Shown: positions 47,044-58,834, counted from the first letter of the stretch. The stretch: DNA of 64,000 bases from Alphaproteobacteria bacterium (GCA_965216395.1 OZ244156.1:1454674-1518673); one strand, 5' to 3'. The notes: generated by a model not told the origin, from the letters alone. Made by a program: numbers and translations.

Positions 47044-47565
47044 TTATATCGTTAAACCTGTGGGTTGGGTTTTATTAAAAACAAAATCTGTATCAGAATA
47101 AGCTTCTTGTACTGGGTTAAATAGAGCACTATTTTCATTAAGCGCGTGACGCTGTGGCACAGTTTGCCATTGCTTTTTTGCCTCTTCTTTTTCTTTAAGG
47201 TATTTGTTAAGGCCAATGCCAAAACAAATTGCTGTGGCTGTTATCGCTGTAGCGACATAGGCATGATGTCTGCAATTGCGCTGTTGCCTTTCTTTGGAAA
47301 TATCATGATTTTTAAAAAAGTAATGACCTTCTTTTATAGTGCGTATAAACTTGCCAAGCCCAAAACTAGCACCACCTGAAATAATACCCGTACCGATCGC
47401 ATCGGCAACGGGCATATAATTGATCTGATCAGCCAATTCGGGATCATAATCATAAGATAAAACCGCTGGCGCAACAGTTGAGAGAAGGAATAACCCAAAC
47501 GTCCAGGTTGCCTTGCGACTGGGTAAGTAACGATAGCTTAACACATTGTTTTGTCTATGAGACAT
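47044..47565 (-). CDS. Hypothetical membrane protein
   Basis: 173 aa, three hydrophobic segments; ATTTGACATA at 47629-47620. Confidence 0.6.
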   Translation of the reverse strand: MSHRQNNVLSYRYLPSRKATWTFGLFLLSTVAPAVLSYDYDPELADQINYMPVADAIGTGIISGGASFGLGKFIRTIKEGHYFFKNHDISKERQQRNCRHHAYVATAITATAICFGIGLNKYLKEKEEAKKQWQTVPQRHALNENSALFNPVQEAYSDTDFVFNKTQPTGLTI

Positions 47566-47656
47566 TTTTAAAAAACCTTGATCATAATTCGTATAATATT
47601 TTTATGTTTAATATTATACTATGTCAAATGTTTTTGTGATTTTATGGTCGTTTTAA

Positions 47657-48667
47657 TTAACGCGATAGACTGGATAAAACCCGATGTGTTAAGGCTAAAT
47701 CCGGGATCCCCGTTTTTTTACATTGCACTTCTAAACGTAAGAGTGCCTGAATCGCCCGATCAATTTTCGGTAAGGGCCATTGTCTTAAACGGCGTGTGAA
47801 ATCTGGTTTTGCTTTGAAAAAGAGAGGTGGTCGGAGGGTTTTAAGCGCCTGTTCTAATGGGGTATTTTGGGCCATAGCGGTTTGCACCTGACGCAGGCGA
47901 TAAAGCTGGTTTTGGCCAATACGCGCCAGAGCGACGGGTGAAACCCCTTCGCCCCATAAAATTTGTAACGCTTCATCTAATTGTGCATATTGGCCATCCA
48001 AAGCCGCTTGAATCGCGCTGTCAATGGATGATTGTGAAACATCATGGGCACAAGCGCGCGCATCATCCAAGGTAACGCGGGTGTCTGAACCCTTATAATT
48101 GATAATTTTTTCAATCATACGATCCACTAATGCGCGATTACCTGAAAGTTGATGTGCTAAAAATGGCGCGACATCGCGATCGGCTTGTAAATTAAATTGT
48201 TGCATTTGGTGTTGAATATACTGGCTTAGGGACCTTTCATCATCTTCATAACAGGGGATAATCGCTAAATTTTTCGCCGTTTCGGCATATTTGCGCAAAG
48301 AGGAACGCGGGGTAAGAGGACCCGCTTGAATCACAATAAAATTATCACAATTTTCTAACCCTTCGAAAGCGGTTTTGAGCGGATTCGTGATTTTATCACT
48401 GGCCGATTGAAGGCGAATAAGACGACGCCCGCCCATTAAAGACTGGCTTAATAACTCATCCGCGATGCGGGTGGGGTTTTGGGATAATTCACCTGCTTCG
48501 ATCGTCACACTGTTAAAAGGATCGGATAAATCAGCAACCACGGTTTTGGCCAAAATTTGGGCATATTGACTGATCTGTGGGGCGTTGGGCCCATAGATCA
48601 CCGCGCCAAAAATATGGGGTGGCGGGTTTTTGAGAAAAAGATTTTGATCACGTGGCGCAATTTTCAT
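47657..48667 (-). CDS. holA: DNA polymerase III delta subunit
   Basis: MKIAPRD..., IYGPN, SLMGGRRLIRL, SSLRKYAE, IPCYEDD; next to lptE and leuS. Confidence 0.93.
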   Translation of the reverse strand: MKIAPRDQNLFLKNPPPHIFGAVIYGPNAPQISQYAQILAKTVVADLSDPFNSVTIEAGELSQNPTRIADELLSQSLMGGRRLIRLQSASDKITNPLKTAFEGLENCDNFIVIQAGPLTPRSSLRKYAETAKNLAIIPCYEDDERSLSQYIQHQMQQFNLQADRDVAPFLAHQLSGNRALVDRMIEKIINYKGSDTRVTLDDARACAHDVSQSSIDSAIQAALDGQYAQLDEALQILWGEGVSPVALARIGQNQLYRLRQVQTAMAQNTPLEQALKTLRPPLFFKAKPDFTRRLRQWPLPKIDRAIQALLRLEVQCKKTGIPDLALTHRVLSSLSR

Positions 48668-48709
48668 GATAATAAGTTTAGCCTGGCGGAATTATGAAAG
48701 ACAAGATCC

Positions 48710-49195
48710 TTAATAGGATTGGGACAAATAAATCGCCAAACGGTTTTGAATTTTATCCGCCAAATCACGTACGCCACGTTCGCGTGCCTCTGCCGCAGTG
48801 ACGGTGGTGGTAAACTGACTGGCTAAGATATTGTAACTATTGACTGAGCGGAGATTCTCTTTGAAAATAATCTGACCTGTCGTCCGATTTTTTAAAGTAT
48901 AGCCAGCGCGTTGAATTAATTGCGCCCGTGTGGTGGTGTCATCTTCGCGAATGTCCAAATCACGCACAGAATCTTGTAATGTAATGGCTAAAACATAGCG
49001 CGGATTTTTGGGATAGCCATCGATATAAAACCGATCGATTAATTCATTGCGTAGAGCCACGCCATCACGATCTTGAATGGGATCAATCCAGATATCGTTT
49101 AACACAGACGCAGCGGTGCTTTTCTGCCCATAAAGCGGTTGGAAGCCACAGGCCGAGATCATAAAAAAGGCGATGAGAAGAATAATTTTTTTCAT
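48710..49195 (-). CDS. lptE: LPS assembly lipoprotein LptE
   Basis: Lipobox SACGFQPLYG; conserved leuS-lptE-holA context. Confidence 0.9.
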   Translation of the reverse strand: MKKIILLIAFFMISACGFQPLYGQKSTAASVLNDIWIDPIQDRDGVALRNELIDRFYIDGYPKNPRYVLAITLQDSVRDLDIREDDTTTRAQLIQRAGYTLKNRTTGQIIFKENLRSVNSYNILASQFTTTVTAAEARERGVRDLADKIQNRLAIYLSQSY

Positions 49196-49241
49196 ATCTT
49201 CGTTTCTAGCACAAAAAAACCACCCAAGCGACGATTAATAT

Positions 49242-49251
49242 TATTGACATA
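49242..49251 (+). promoter_or_regulatory. Extended promoter element TATTGACATA
   Basis: Exact 10-mer upstream of orphan 49299. Confidence 0.55.
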
Positions 49252-49298
49252 ATATATGAGCTATCTTAAGTATCAGAGTCATAAAATAAATAGACAAA

Positions 49299-49841
49299 AT
49301 GACCGATAAAACAGAAAACAAGAAAACAAATCGTTTCAGATCCTCTATTGATCGTGTACTGACCGCGCTTTCATACCCGTATTTTAGAGAGAATAAAGAT
49401 GATACGGCTGTTGAAGAAGAACGCTCGACCTCCCTTATGCAGCATGTTGAAGGGGATGGTTTTGCTGATTTATCCTATGAGGATTATCCAGTTTTGATAA
49501 GGGATTATGTTGAGTTGTTTTTTGATATGAGTGAAGAAGAAAAATTAAAAAATCGTTATGATTATAACTCCAAAACATACAACTGTTACGACGCTTTAAT
49601 TGAAAAATTGGATCATGATCTTGCACAAACGGAAGATCCCATTAAAAAAGAGTTTATGGAGGCGTGTCGTTCTGATTGGTTTCAAGATAAATTAGAATTG
49701 CCTGCCAAATTATACGCTATCAATTACGAAGCATGTAATCGATTGATAAATAGTCTTGAGACAGATATCAAAAACCTTAATGTAGTTCTTGATGCGTTGG
49801 ATTATCTATCTGATGTGATAAAAAATTCACCAAAACCTTAG
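49299..49841 (+). CDS. Hypothetical helical protein ending IKNSPKP
   Basis: 180-aa AT-rich ORF. Confidence 0.65.
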   Translation: MTDKTENKKTNRFRSSIDRVLTALSYPYFRENKDDTAVEEERSTSLMQHVEGDGFADLSYEDYPVLIRDYVELFFDMSEEEKLKNRYDYNSKTYNCYDALIEKLDHDLAQTEDPIKKEFMEACRSDWFQDKLELPAKLYAINYEACNRLINSLETDIKNLNVVLDALDYLSDVIKNSPKP

Positions 49842-49864
49842 AACTTGCTTTAGTTGAGATGGAT

Positions 49865-50227
49865 TTAAAGTACTGTCTTTATTATATGATCTGTAGAGTA
49901 TCGTTTTTGAGGGAATGGTCCTATAACAGAGGTATATAAATTATCAAAAAATTGACAAAGCGCCTTCAGTTCATGTATCGGAGTAATGAGATCCGTCACA
50001 TCTTCGGTATCAATACCTTGAAATGATACTTCAGCACCCCAGTTAAGAATCATGCCCTTAAAGATTTGAGTATTTGTATTAAAGCTTTCAAAAGCGGCGC
50101 TTTTTTCGTGAATAAGAAGAAAACCTTTTCTAAATTGCAAAATATTTTCAATCTCAGATGTATAAGAAAGGTCTGGAGAGGTTAATTCTTTAACAGCGCA
50201 TGTAAAACAATCTAATTCAAATTCCAT
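49865..50227 (-). CDS. Hypothetical protein
   Basis: 120 aa; TTGACA (50262-50257)-N17-TATATT, ATG 6 nt downstream. Confidence 0.6.
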   Translation of the reverse strand: MEFELDCFTCAVKELTSPDLSYTSEIENILQFRKGFLLIHEKSAAFESFNTNTQIFKGMILNWGAEVSFQGIDTEDVTDLITPIHELKALCQFFDNLYTSVIGPFPQKRYSTDHIIKTVL

Positions 50228-50278
50228 AATTCAAATATAAGAAATCTAGACATATTTGTCAATTATTATGTTAAAAAA

Positions 50279-50288
50279 TATTGACATA
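50279..50288 (+). promoter_or_regulatory. Extended promoter element TATTGACATA
   Basis: Exact 10-mer upstream of the lipoprotein trio. Confidence 0.55.
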
Positions 50289-50348
50289 AGGTGAATTTAT
50301 GATTAAAAACAGGAAACGATCATAGAAATAACCAGAGAAATAAGGCAT

Positions 50349-50852
50349 ATGAAAAACAATATTCTTAATCTTTTTACCAAAACGGCCGCGGTCATAATGG
50401 GGGCGTTTGTTATGAATGCGTGTATGACTAATAACAAAAAGAAAACCCAAGATTTAGATATTATAAATATAGAAACCATTAAGGTAAATAAATCAGATAT
50501 TTGGTATTTTGATGCCGTTGGTTACGTAGAAAACGAGTTATATGTCGATTCTCCAATACTTGATCAACTAGAGAAAGAAGACCCCGAAACACGCAATGAT
50601 AGTCTCATTAATCAGCTAATCAGAAATAATATAAAATATGATTTTGCTTATCTGAGATTAAATTTTGAAAAAAACATCGCAAGTATCAGAACCTTCTCAA
50701 ATGATAAATCAGGCGAATTAAAAAAGAATCCTGATCTTAACATTAATTTTGAGATAAAAGATTTATCCGAACAATTTAAAGCGAATGGTCTTGAAACAGC
50801 ACAATTGGCTTATTACACAAGAAAAAAACAAAGAAAAGAAATGGGTTTATAG
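50349..50852 (+). CDS. Putative lipoprotein
   Basis: Basic N-terminus, hydrophobic core, MNA-C lipobox-like site. Confidence 0.7.
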   Translation: MKNNILNLFTKTAAVIMGAFVMNACMTNNKKKTQDLDIINIETIKVNKSDIWYFDAVGYVENELYVDSPILDQLEKEDPETRNDSLINQLIRNNIKYDFAYLRLNFEKNIASIRTFSNDKSGELKKNPDLNINFEIKDLSEQFKANGLETAQLAYYTRKKQRKEMGL

Positions 50853-50886
50853 TTAGAAAGCTGACAAACTAACTGGAGAAAACATA

Positions 50887-51351
50887 ATGAATACACATAT
50901 GAAACAACTCTCAAAATTTTTAATTGCTCTGATGACGTTACAGGCGGTATCCAGCTGTGGCAGTTTACCAAAAGAAGAAACATTCTCTTTTGATAACGTG
51001 GCACCTGATGTGCAATGGCACTTTATTGATAATAAAACCGTGATGAAACGCATGGATATGGATGATCCGTTGATACAGATGTATCAAACTGAAACAACAT
51101 ATAGTAAAGGGGCCAAAACCTATGAATTTGACGAAAACCGCGTGCGTATTCAACTTTGGAATAATAAGAAAAAAGAGGGGTATCAACGCGATTATTACGT
51201 GAATTTTTCTGAAATAGCAGAAATGGCTCAAAGTCAAAATAAAAAAGACATTTTAGAAGATATAAAAGATGCGGAAATTAGACTTTCTTATTATAATTCT
51301 GCGGGGGACGGTGGTTGCAAAACCAAAGACTGTCAAGGAATAGGATTCTAA
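50887..51351 (+). CDS. Putative lipoprotein, probable paralog of 50349-50852
   Basis: VSS-C lipobox-like site, GGAG SD; shared W-x-F, D-x-P, [YF]...N, NF and L-x-YY pattern. Confidence 0.7.
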   Translation: MNTHMKQLSKFLIALMTLQAVSSCGSLPKEETFSFDNVAPDVQWHFIDNKTVMKRMDMDDPLIQMYQTETTYSKGAKTYEFDENRVRIQLWNNKKKEGYQRDYYVNFSEIAEMAQSQNKKDILEDIKDAEIRLSYYNSAGDGGCKTKDCQGIGF

Positions 51352-51527
51352 TGACTGTAAGATTAAATCAATTTAAAAAAATAGCCTTAATTGTCGCGGC
51401 GCCCTTCATCTTTTCCGCCTGTCATCCATGCAAAAAATTGGATATAAACGGTTTTGATGATAATCAAAAAAGTGTTTTTCTTAAGCCAAATCAGGCGCAG
51501 AAAAATGTCTATGAATTGAAAATTTAA
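51351..51527 (+). CDS. Small putative lipoprotein
   Basis: 58 aa; ATG overlaps the upstream TAA; FSA-C lipobox-like site. Confidence 0.55.
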   Translation: MTVRLNQFKKIALIVAAPFIFSACHPCKKLDINGFDDNQKSVFLKPNQAQKNVYELKI

Positions 51528-51530
51528 GCC

Positions 51531-54098
51531 TTAATTGGCCACAACATTAACAATTTTACCTGGTACAACAATGACTTTGCGGATGTTTTTATCCGCAAGA
51601 TTGGCCTTGATTTTATCATCATTGAGGGCGATTTTTTCGGTTAATTCTTTATCCGCATCGGCGGGAAGTGTGATTGTGGCGCGCACCTTGCCATTCACCT
51701 GCACGGCAATGGTAATTTCATCCTTTTTCAACAGGGTGGGATCCGCCTTGGGCCATGGATGCGTCACCACAAGCGTATCATACCCCAATAAAGACCAGAG
51801 TTCTTCGCCCAGATGCGGGGTCATGGGCGCAATCATTTGTACCAAAGTTTCCAAAGCTTCGCGCAAGGCCCAGTAATCCCCCTCTGTTTGGGGGGTAAAA
51901 GCACTGATCGTATTGCCGAGTTCGCGCAAACGCGCCACGGACGCGTTGAAATGAAACGCTTCCAAAGAACGCGTAAATTCAGCTATCGCATAATGGGTCG
52001 CTTGGCGTAGTTTGAGGGCATTATCGGATATTTCAGGCGCAGATGTGCTAATATCGGGCAAATGATCAAGGTTTTGGGTGACTTGACGCCAGACTTTATT
52101 GACAAAACGCCAAGCGCCATCAATCCCCGCGGCCGTCCATTCCAAATCCTTATCTGGGGGACTATCGGAGAGGACAAAAAACCGCGCCGCATCCGCCCCA
52201 TAGCCTTCAACGATTTCTGCTGGATCAACGACATTCTTTTTTGACTTTGACATTTTAATAATGGCACCAGCCTTAATGGGTGTCCCATCAGATTGTTTGA
52301 CCCATTGATCTTTTTCCTGCAAAACATCTGTCGGGAACATGTATTGATTATTTTGATCTTGGAAAACGCGATGCGTGATCATCCCTTGGGTAAAGAGACG
52401 CTTAAACGGCACCGATGCGTCCAAATAACCACAATCGCGCAAAGCACGTGTGAAAAATCGCGCATAAAGCAAGTGCAAGACTGCATGTTCAATCCCGCCA
52501 ATATATTGATCCACGGGGAGCCATTTCTCCGCCATCGCTTTATCAAAGGGAATATCGGTATTTTTCGGATCACAAAACCGCAGGAAATACCACGAACTAT
52601 CCATAAATGTGCCCAATGTATCGGTTTCGCGTGTCGCCGCCCCGCCACATTTGGGACATGTTACATGTTTCCATGTTGGATGATGATCAAGAGGGTTACC
52701 ACGCGTTTCAAAATCGACATCATAAGGCAGGGTCACGGGCAATTGGTCTTCGGGCACGGGCACCGCACCACAATCATCACAATGAATCATCGGGATCGGA
52801 CAACCCCAATACCGCTGTCGTGAGATGCCCCAATCACGCAGGCGATATTGTGTTGTGCCAAAGCCGGAGCCGAGCGCTTCAACCTTTTTAATCACGGCTG
52901 CTTTGGCATGATCGACAGACATACCATCAATAAAATCAGAATTACCAAGCACACCATCGCCAGTATAAGCCTCATTATCAAGTGTGAAGGTCTTCGCATC
53001 CTCCCCATTTGGAATAACGACGGGTAAAATCGGCAAATCATATTTTGTGGCAAAGTCAAAATCGCGTTGATCATGCGCGGGTACACCGAAAATTGCGCCG
53101 GTGCCGTAATCCATAAGGATGAAATTTGCAAGATAGATTGGAAATTCACGCCCGGGGAGTAAGGGATGTGTTGCCTTAAAGCCTGTATCAAAGCCTTCTT
53201 TGTCAGCTTTTTCCAACGCAGCCTCCGATGTGCCCATGGCGCGGCATTTTTTAACAAACGCATCAAAGCTCGGTTTGTCACCGGCAAGCTTTTGCGCCAA
53301 GGGATGATCAACCGATAACCCCAAGAAAGACGCCCCAAAAAGCGTATCGGGGCGGGTGGTAAAAACCTCCACTACGTCATCATGGCCAATAATATCCCAT
53401 TTAAATTGTAAACCAGAGGATTTGCCAATCCAATTGCGTTGCATCAATTTGACGCGTTCGGGCCATTCATCCAAATCATCCAGCGCGGTTAAAAGTTCAT
53501 CCGCATAATCGGTGATTTTTAAAAACCACTGATTGAGGACCCGTTTTTCCACCTCTGCCCCCGAACGCCAACCTTTGCCGTCGACCACTTCTTCATTGGC
53601 AAGAACGCAATTTTCAACCGGATCCCAATTCACCGAAGCTTCTTTTTGATAGGCAATATCGTTTTGAACAAAATCAAGGAAGATCTTTTGTTGTTGGTGA
53701 TAATAATCTTCGTCACAAGTGGCAAATTCCCGCGTCCAATCAAAAGAAAGCCCCAGTGTCTTAAATTGTTCGCGCATGGCGGCAATATTGGAATAGGTCC
53801 AATCTTTGGGATGGGCATCATTATCAAAGGCGGCATTTTCCGCCGGCAAGCCAAACGCATCCCACCCCATCGGGTGCATCACATCATACCCTTGCGCTAA
53901 TTTATAGCGACAAATCACATCGCCGATCGTGTAATTGCGCACATGGCCCATATGCAAACGGCCAGAGGGATAAGGAAACATTTCCAAAACATAATATTTG
54001 TCACGCCCGTCATTTTTGACAGAAAAGGTTTGAGCGGTTTCCCAAGCTTTTTGCCATTTTTCTTCTGTGAGGCGGGCATTGTAACGTTGTTCTGTCAT
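51531..54098 (-). CDS. leuS: Leucine--tRNA ligase
   Basis: [13 protein letters not shown] (HIGH), [26 protein letters not shown]. Confidence 0.99.
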   Translation of the reverse strand: MTEQRYNARLTEEKWQKAWETAQTFSVKNDGRDKYYVLEMFPYPSGRLHMGHVRNYTIGDVICRYKLAQGYDVMHPMGWDAFGLPAENAAFDNDAHPKDWTYSNIAAMREQFKTLGLSFDWTREFATCDEDYYHQQQKIFLDFVQNDIAYQKEASVNWDPVENCVLANEEVVDGKGWRSGAEVEKRVLNQWFLKITDYADELLTALDDLDEWPERVKLMQRNWIGKSSGLQFKWDIIGHDDVVEVFTTRPDTLFGASFLGLSVDHPLAQKLAGDKPSFDAFVKKCRAMGTSEAALEKADKEGFDTGFKATHPLLPGREFPIYLANFILMDYGTGAIFGVPAHDQRDFDFATKYDLPILPVVIPNGEDAKTFTLDNEAYTGDGVLGNSDFIDGMSVDHAKAAVIKKVEALGSGFGTTQYRLRDWGISRQRYWGCPIPMIHCDDCGAVPVPEDQLPVTLPYDVDFETRGNPLDHHPTWKHVTCPKCGGAATRETDTLGTFMDSSWYFLRFCDPKNTDIPFDKAMAEKWLPVDQYIGGIEHAVLHLLYARFFTRALRDCGYLDASVPFKRLFTQGMITHRVFQDQNNQYMFPTDVLQEKDQWVKQSDGTPIKAGAIIKMSKSKKNVVDPAEIVEGYGADAARFFVLSDSPPDKDLEWTAAGIDGAWRFVNKVWRQVTQNLDHLPDISTSAPEISDNALKLRQATHYAIAEFTRSLEAFHFNASVARLRELGNTISAFTPQTEGDYWALREALETLVQMIAPMTPHLGEELWSLLGYDTLVVTHPWPKADPTLLKKDEITIAVQVNGKVRATITLPADADKELTEKIALNDDKIKANLADKNIRKVIVVPGKIVNVVAN

Positions 54099-54140
54099 AT
54101 CTGTGACCTTATTATATATATGTATCTGGGCGCGTTATGT

Positions 54141-54665
54141 TTACCGTCCCGTTTGGGCCACGCGCAATTGGCGTGCACGGGTGAGGATGGTGTCTTCTAA
54201 TTGACGGGTTGTCCCCGGCGCCACAGGGGCATCGCGCCAAAGACCCGCATTATCCTTCACCTGACGGAAGGCCGAAACCCGCACACCATCGGCGCGTAAA
54301 TTCGTGTCCAAAATAATAATATTCAATTTTAAACGCTCATTCTTGGACGGGTCGGGTTCATACCAATCGGTCAAGATGGTGCCTCCAAAGGGATCGGCAC
54401 TGCTGATCGGCATAAAAGAGACCGTATCGAGCGAGGCGCGCCATAAATACGCATTGACCCCAATTCCAGAGCCACCGCCTTGTTTTTTATCCTTATTACC
54501 AAAGATATTGATACCGCTTTCACCGAACACACTGTCGCGCTGATTATTATAAACCAGATCATCATCCCCTTCTTGACGGGTGGGATATTCAGCCACAGGA
54601 TCCATTTTTGAACATCCTGTCACAATAAAAAGGGCACATATAGCGATAAAAAGACGTTGGAGCAT
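54141..54665 (-). CDS. DUF3576-type lipoprotein
   Basis: TGC lipobox; VNAYLWRASLDTVSFMPISSADPFGGTILTDWY; upstream of leuS. Confidence 0.88.
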   Translation of the reverse strand: MLQRLFIAICALFIVTGCSKMDPVAEYPTRQEGDDDLVYNNQRDSVFGESGINIFGNKDKKQGGGSGIGVNAYLWRASLDTVSFMPISSADPFGGTILTDWYEPDPSKNERLKLNIIILDTNLRADGVRVSAFRQVKDNAGLWRDAPVAPGTTRQLEDTILTRARQLRVAQTGR

Positions 54666-54961
54666 TTATTTTTCCTAATGATTAATAGTTGAGAGAGTAT
54701 TTTTAGCCTATTTTGAGCAAAATTCAATCGCAAATTCTTAAAACACCCTTAAAAAATTGGCTCAAAACCGCAAAAAATTAACCAATTGGTAATAAACCTG
54801 TTGCGCAGATGACACAGTTATCAGTTTTTAATGATAAAATGATGGGTTTTATGTTGACGGTGCATACATGAGGGCGTTACGAATAGAACCTGATCTTACC
54901 GGTGCGATCCGGATGGGTCGTACTTAAATCTATCCAAAAACATTTCTTGGAGGAAATGCAA

Positions 54962-56047
54962 ATGAAAAAATTACTATTAATGACAACTGCTGTTGCTGGT
55001 TTGGCATTTATGCCTGCTGCGGCTCAAGCTGAAATTGATCTTGACCTTGGTGGCTATTTCAAAGGTTACGTTGGTGCAACTGATCAAGACACAACTGGTG
55101 TTGATGATTTCGGTTGGAAGCGTGAATCTGAACTTCACATCAACGGTGAAACAACATTGGACAATGGTCTAACTGTTGGTGCACGTTTCGAAATCCAAAC
55201 AGAAGCAGACGCTGGTGCTAATGACACTGAAGAGTCATACATCTATTTCTCTGGTAACCTTGGTCGTGTAAACCTTGGTGCTGAAGACGGTGCTGCGTAT
55301 CTTCTACAGATTGCTGCGCCATCTGCAGACTCAAACATTGACGGCATTGATCCAGACATCTCTTTCGTTAACATCAATGGTGCTGTTGTAACACCAACAC
55401 GTTACGAATTGGCTCCAACTGCTGATGCGGACAAAATCACATATTTGACACCAAAATTCTCTGGTTTCCAGGCGGGTGTTTCTTATGCAACTGACGCGAC
55501 ACAAGACGTTGTTGGTTCTGGTCTAACAGGTCAAAATGCTGACCCAGCTCTTGCTGGTGCTGGTACTTTGGGCGACATCGTTGAAGTTGCTGCACGTTAC
55601 GACGCAGAAGTTGAAGGCGTAGGCGTTCACTTAGGTGCGGGTTATGTAACTGCTGACCAAGCAAATGCTTCTGCAGACTCATCTGACTATGACGGTTGGA
55701 ATCTTGGTGCGAAGTTTGACATCGGTGCATTCGGTGTTGGTGCTTCTTACTCAGAGCAAGAAAACTTCACTGGTAACGGCGAAGAGTCTGAAGTTCTTGT
55801 TGTTGGTGCTGACTATGTAACAGGCCCATACAAGTTCGGTGTTTCTTACTTCAACTCTGAAACTGACCAAACTGGTGTTCTTGGAACTGACGAAATTGAT
55901 CGTTACTCTGTTGGTGCTGGATACACATTCGGCCCTGGTATGAGCTTCCGTGGTTCTGTTCACGTGTATGACATCGAAGACGGTGACACACCTGCGAACG
56001 ACAACGATGCGACAACATTCGTATTGGGTACAGACATCCAGTTCTAA
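54962..56047 (+). CDS. Outer-membrane porin (alphaproteobacterial type)
   Basis: Signal peptide ending AQA, TLDNGLTVGARFE, ITYLTPKFSGFQAGVSY, terminal Phe. Confidence 0.93.
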   Translation: MKKLLLMTTAVAGLAFMPAAAQAEIDLDLGGYFKGYVGATDQDTTGVDDFGWKRESELHINGETTLDNGLTVGARFEIQTEADAGANDTEESYIYFSGNLGRVNLGAEDGAAYLLQIAAPSADSNIDGIDPDISFVNINGAVVTPTRYELAPTADADKITYLTPKFSGFQAGVSYATDATQDVVGSGLTGQNADPALAGAGTLGDIVEVAARYDAEVEGVGVHLGAGYVTADQANASADSSDYDGWNLGAKFDIGAFGVGASYSEQENFTGNGEESEVLVVGADYVTGPYKFGVSYFNSETDQTGVLGTDEIDRYSVGAGYTFGPGMSFRGSVHVYDIEDGDTPANDNDATTFVLGTDIQF

Positions 56048-56070
56048 TTTCATAGAACTTAAGAATTTAG

Positions 56071-56097
56071 AAAAAGGACACTTCGGTGTCCTTTTTT
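56071..56097. terminator. Intrinsic terminator with cUUCGg loop after the porin
   Basis: AAAAAGGACAC-TTCG-GTGTCCTTTTTT. Confidence 0.92.
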
Positions 56098-56295
56098 ATT
56101 GCGCGTTTTTTAATGTATAAAGTTTTTAAAGACCCTATTCTTGTGTGTATAGCTTGGTTTTATTGACTAATGGGTCAACAGTTTGAAATATTTAAAGATT
56201 TTTCAAGACGAATCGCTTATCCTTTTTTTGTTTGGTATTTTGTTTTTTAAACAGCAAGCCTTGTAACCGTATCAGGAACAGCCTATATTCTGTGA

Positions 56296-57378
<1,083 letters not shown>

Positions 57379-57400
57379 ATAAAGGATATGAACACCCCCC

Positions 57401-58273
57401 ATGCAAGAACCGTTTCGTCATAATAAAACCGCGCAGACCAATGTATTTTCATACTATTGGCCACGTCGCTTATTTAGCGAAAGAATGACGATGGGTTTAT
57501 ACTTATTTTTTGCCGTTTTTTTAATGATCATGTCGCATTTTAATCAAGGTTTTGCCAAAACCAGTCGTATGGTCGTTTATGATACGGTTTCACCAGCGAT
57601 GAAATTGGTCTCTAAACCGTTCCAAACCGTGGGGCAAGGAATTTATCATCTTACAGGTCTATCTAATTTAGTGACGGAAAATAATCGTTTGCGCGAAGAA
57701 AATGACCGTTTAAAAAAATGGTATGATCAGGCTTTAACATTGCAAGCGGAAAATAAAAGTCTCAAATCCTTTGTTAATTTAACAGATTTACCCCGTTATA
57801 ATTATGTGACAGCGCGGGTTGTCGCCGATACGGGGAGTGTCTTTGCCCAATCCGCAATGATTGATGCTGGAACGCGCCACGGTGTGCAAGAAGGTTTTGT
57901 GGCGCTTCATAGTGATGGATTAATTGGTCGTGTCGTGGAAACGGGGCGTTGGTCTTCGCGGGTTTTATTGGTTACTGATGTCAATTCGCGCATTCCTGTC
58001 GTCGTGGAAGAATCACGGCATCGCGCTGTTGTTGCCGGGCGCAATGGGCGTGATATTCAACTCCTTTATTTATCTGAAGAGGCCAGTGTTTCGGTGGGTC
58101 AACGTTTGGTTACCTCTGGTCATGGGGGTGTGTTTGCACCGGGTATTCCCGTGGGTGTGATTACGCATGTTGATGGCGGTGATATACGGGTGAAACCGAT
58201 TGTTGATTTGGACCGGATTGAACATATGCAATTGGTCGATTTTGGTCGTACCGTTGTTTTGAACATGCAGTAA
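57401..58273 (+). CDS. mreC: Rod shape-determining protein MreC
   Basis: TM plus coiled coil, GLIGRV, TSGHGGVFAPGIPVG. Confidence 0.95.
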   Translation: MQEPFRHNKTAQTNVFSYYWPRRLFSERMTMGLYLFFAVFLMIMSHFNQGFAKTSRMVVYDTVSPAMKLVSKPFQTVGQGIYHLTGLSNLVTENNRLREENDRLKKWYDQALTLQAENKSLKSFVNLTDLPRYNYVTARVVADTGSVFAQSAMIDAGTRHGVQEGFVALHSDGLIGRVVETGRWSSRVLLVTDVNSRIPVVVEESRHRAVVAGRNGRDIQLLYLSEEASVSVGQRLVTSGHGGVFAPGIPVGVITHVDGGDIRVKPIVDLDRIEHMQLVDFGRTVVLNMQ

Positions 58274-58285
58274 TATTTTTAAATT

Positions 58286-58816
58286 ATGACGCTTTATCAT
58301 CATAAACCAAGTTTGCGCGATATTCTTTGGGGATTGGTTCCCTTTATGGTGATGCTTGGCTTTATTTTTCTTTCAATGGTGATTAAACAACTGCCGATGC
58401 GTATGATTTATGCGCCTTTACCAATTATCCCGCTGTTTTATTGGGCCGTGTTTCGATCCAATGCGCTTTCTCTGGGGGCGGTTTTTATCATTGGTCTGAT
58501 CCTTGATTTTCTATCCGGTGTGCCGATTGGTGCACATGCTTTTATTTATGTTTTAGTCTTTTTTATGAGCAAAAACCAACGTCGCTTTTTAACCGGCCAA
58601 GGTTTTCTTATGATGTGGGTCTATTTTTTATGTATTTGTTTGGGTCATCAAATTTTATTATGGCTGGGTTACTTAATGTTTCATCCCGTTATTGATGAAT
58701 TATGGCTGCATCTTATGATCAGTGGCGCGGTCACGGCCGCTTTATTGCCGATCTTTTTCCCACTTTTAACGCGGATTAATATCCGCCTTGATCGCGCTGA
58801 GGCAGAAACATTTTAA
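58286..58816 (+). CDS. mreD: Rod shape-determining protein MreD
   Basis: Hydrophobic; FYWAVFR, GLILDFLSGVPIG; follows mreC. Confidence 0.88.
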   Translation: MTLYHHKPSLRDILWGLVPFMVMLGFIFLSMVIKQLPMRMIYAPLPIIPLFYWAVFRSNALSLGAVFIIGLILDFLSGVPIGAHAFIYVLVFFMSKNQRRFLTGQGFLMMWVYFLCICLGHQILLWLGYLMFHPVIDELWLHLMISGAVTAALLPIFFPLLTRINIRLDRAEAETF

Positions 58817-58834
58817 TGACAGGTAATTAGAAGC

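Noticed and set aside
46167-51527. Integron cassette array or prophage remnant explaining the orphan clusters
   Set aside because: No integrase, attC-like inverted cores or phage structural genes are seen; orientations are mixed and genes have their own promoters
52293-53338. Long alternative-frame ORFs overlapping leuS, and similar ones over the acyl-CoA dehydrogenase, rho, mreB, the porin and the FGE gene
   Set aside because: They are shadow ORFs antisense or out-of-frame to well-supported conserved genes, with no recognisable motifs or SD
54738-54752. Perfect TTAA-N7-TTAA CtrA-type box between the DUF3576 gene and the porin
   Set aside because: Several such matches are expected by chance in 64 kb of AT-rich DNA, and there is no supporting context
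11171-54860. Treating every TTGAC hexamer as part of the orphan motif
   Set aside because: Plain TTGAC(A/G/T) also precedes core genes and is the generic sigma70 -35; only the extended TTGACATA flank was counted
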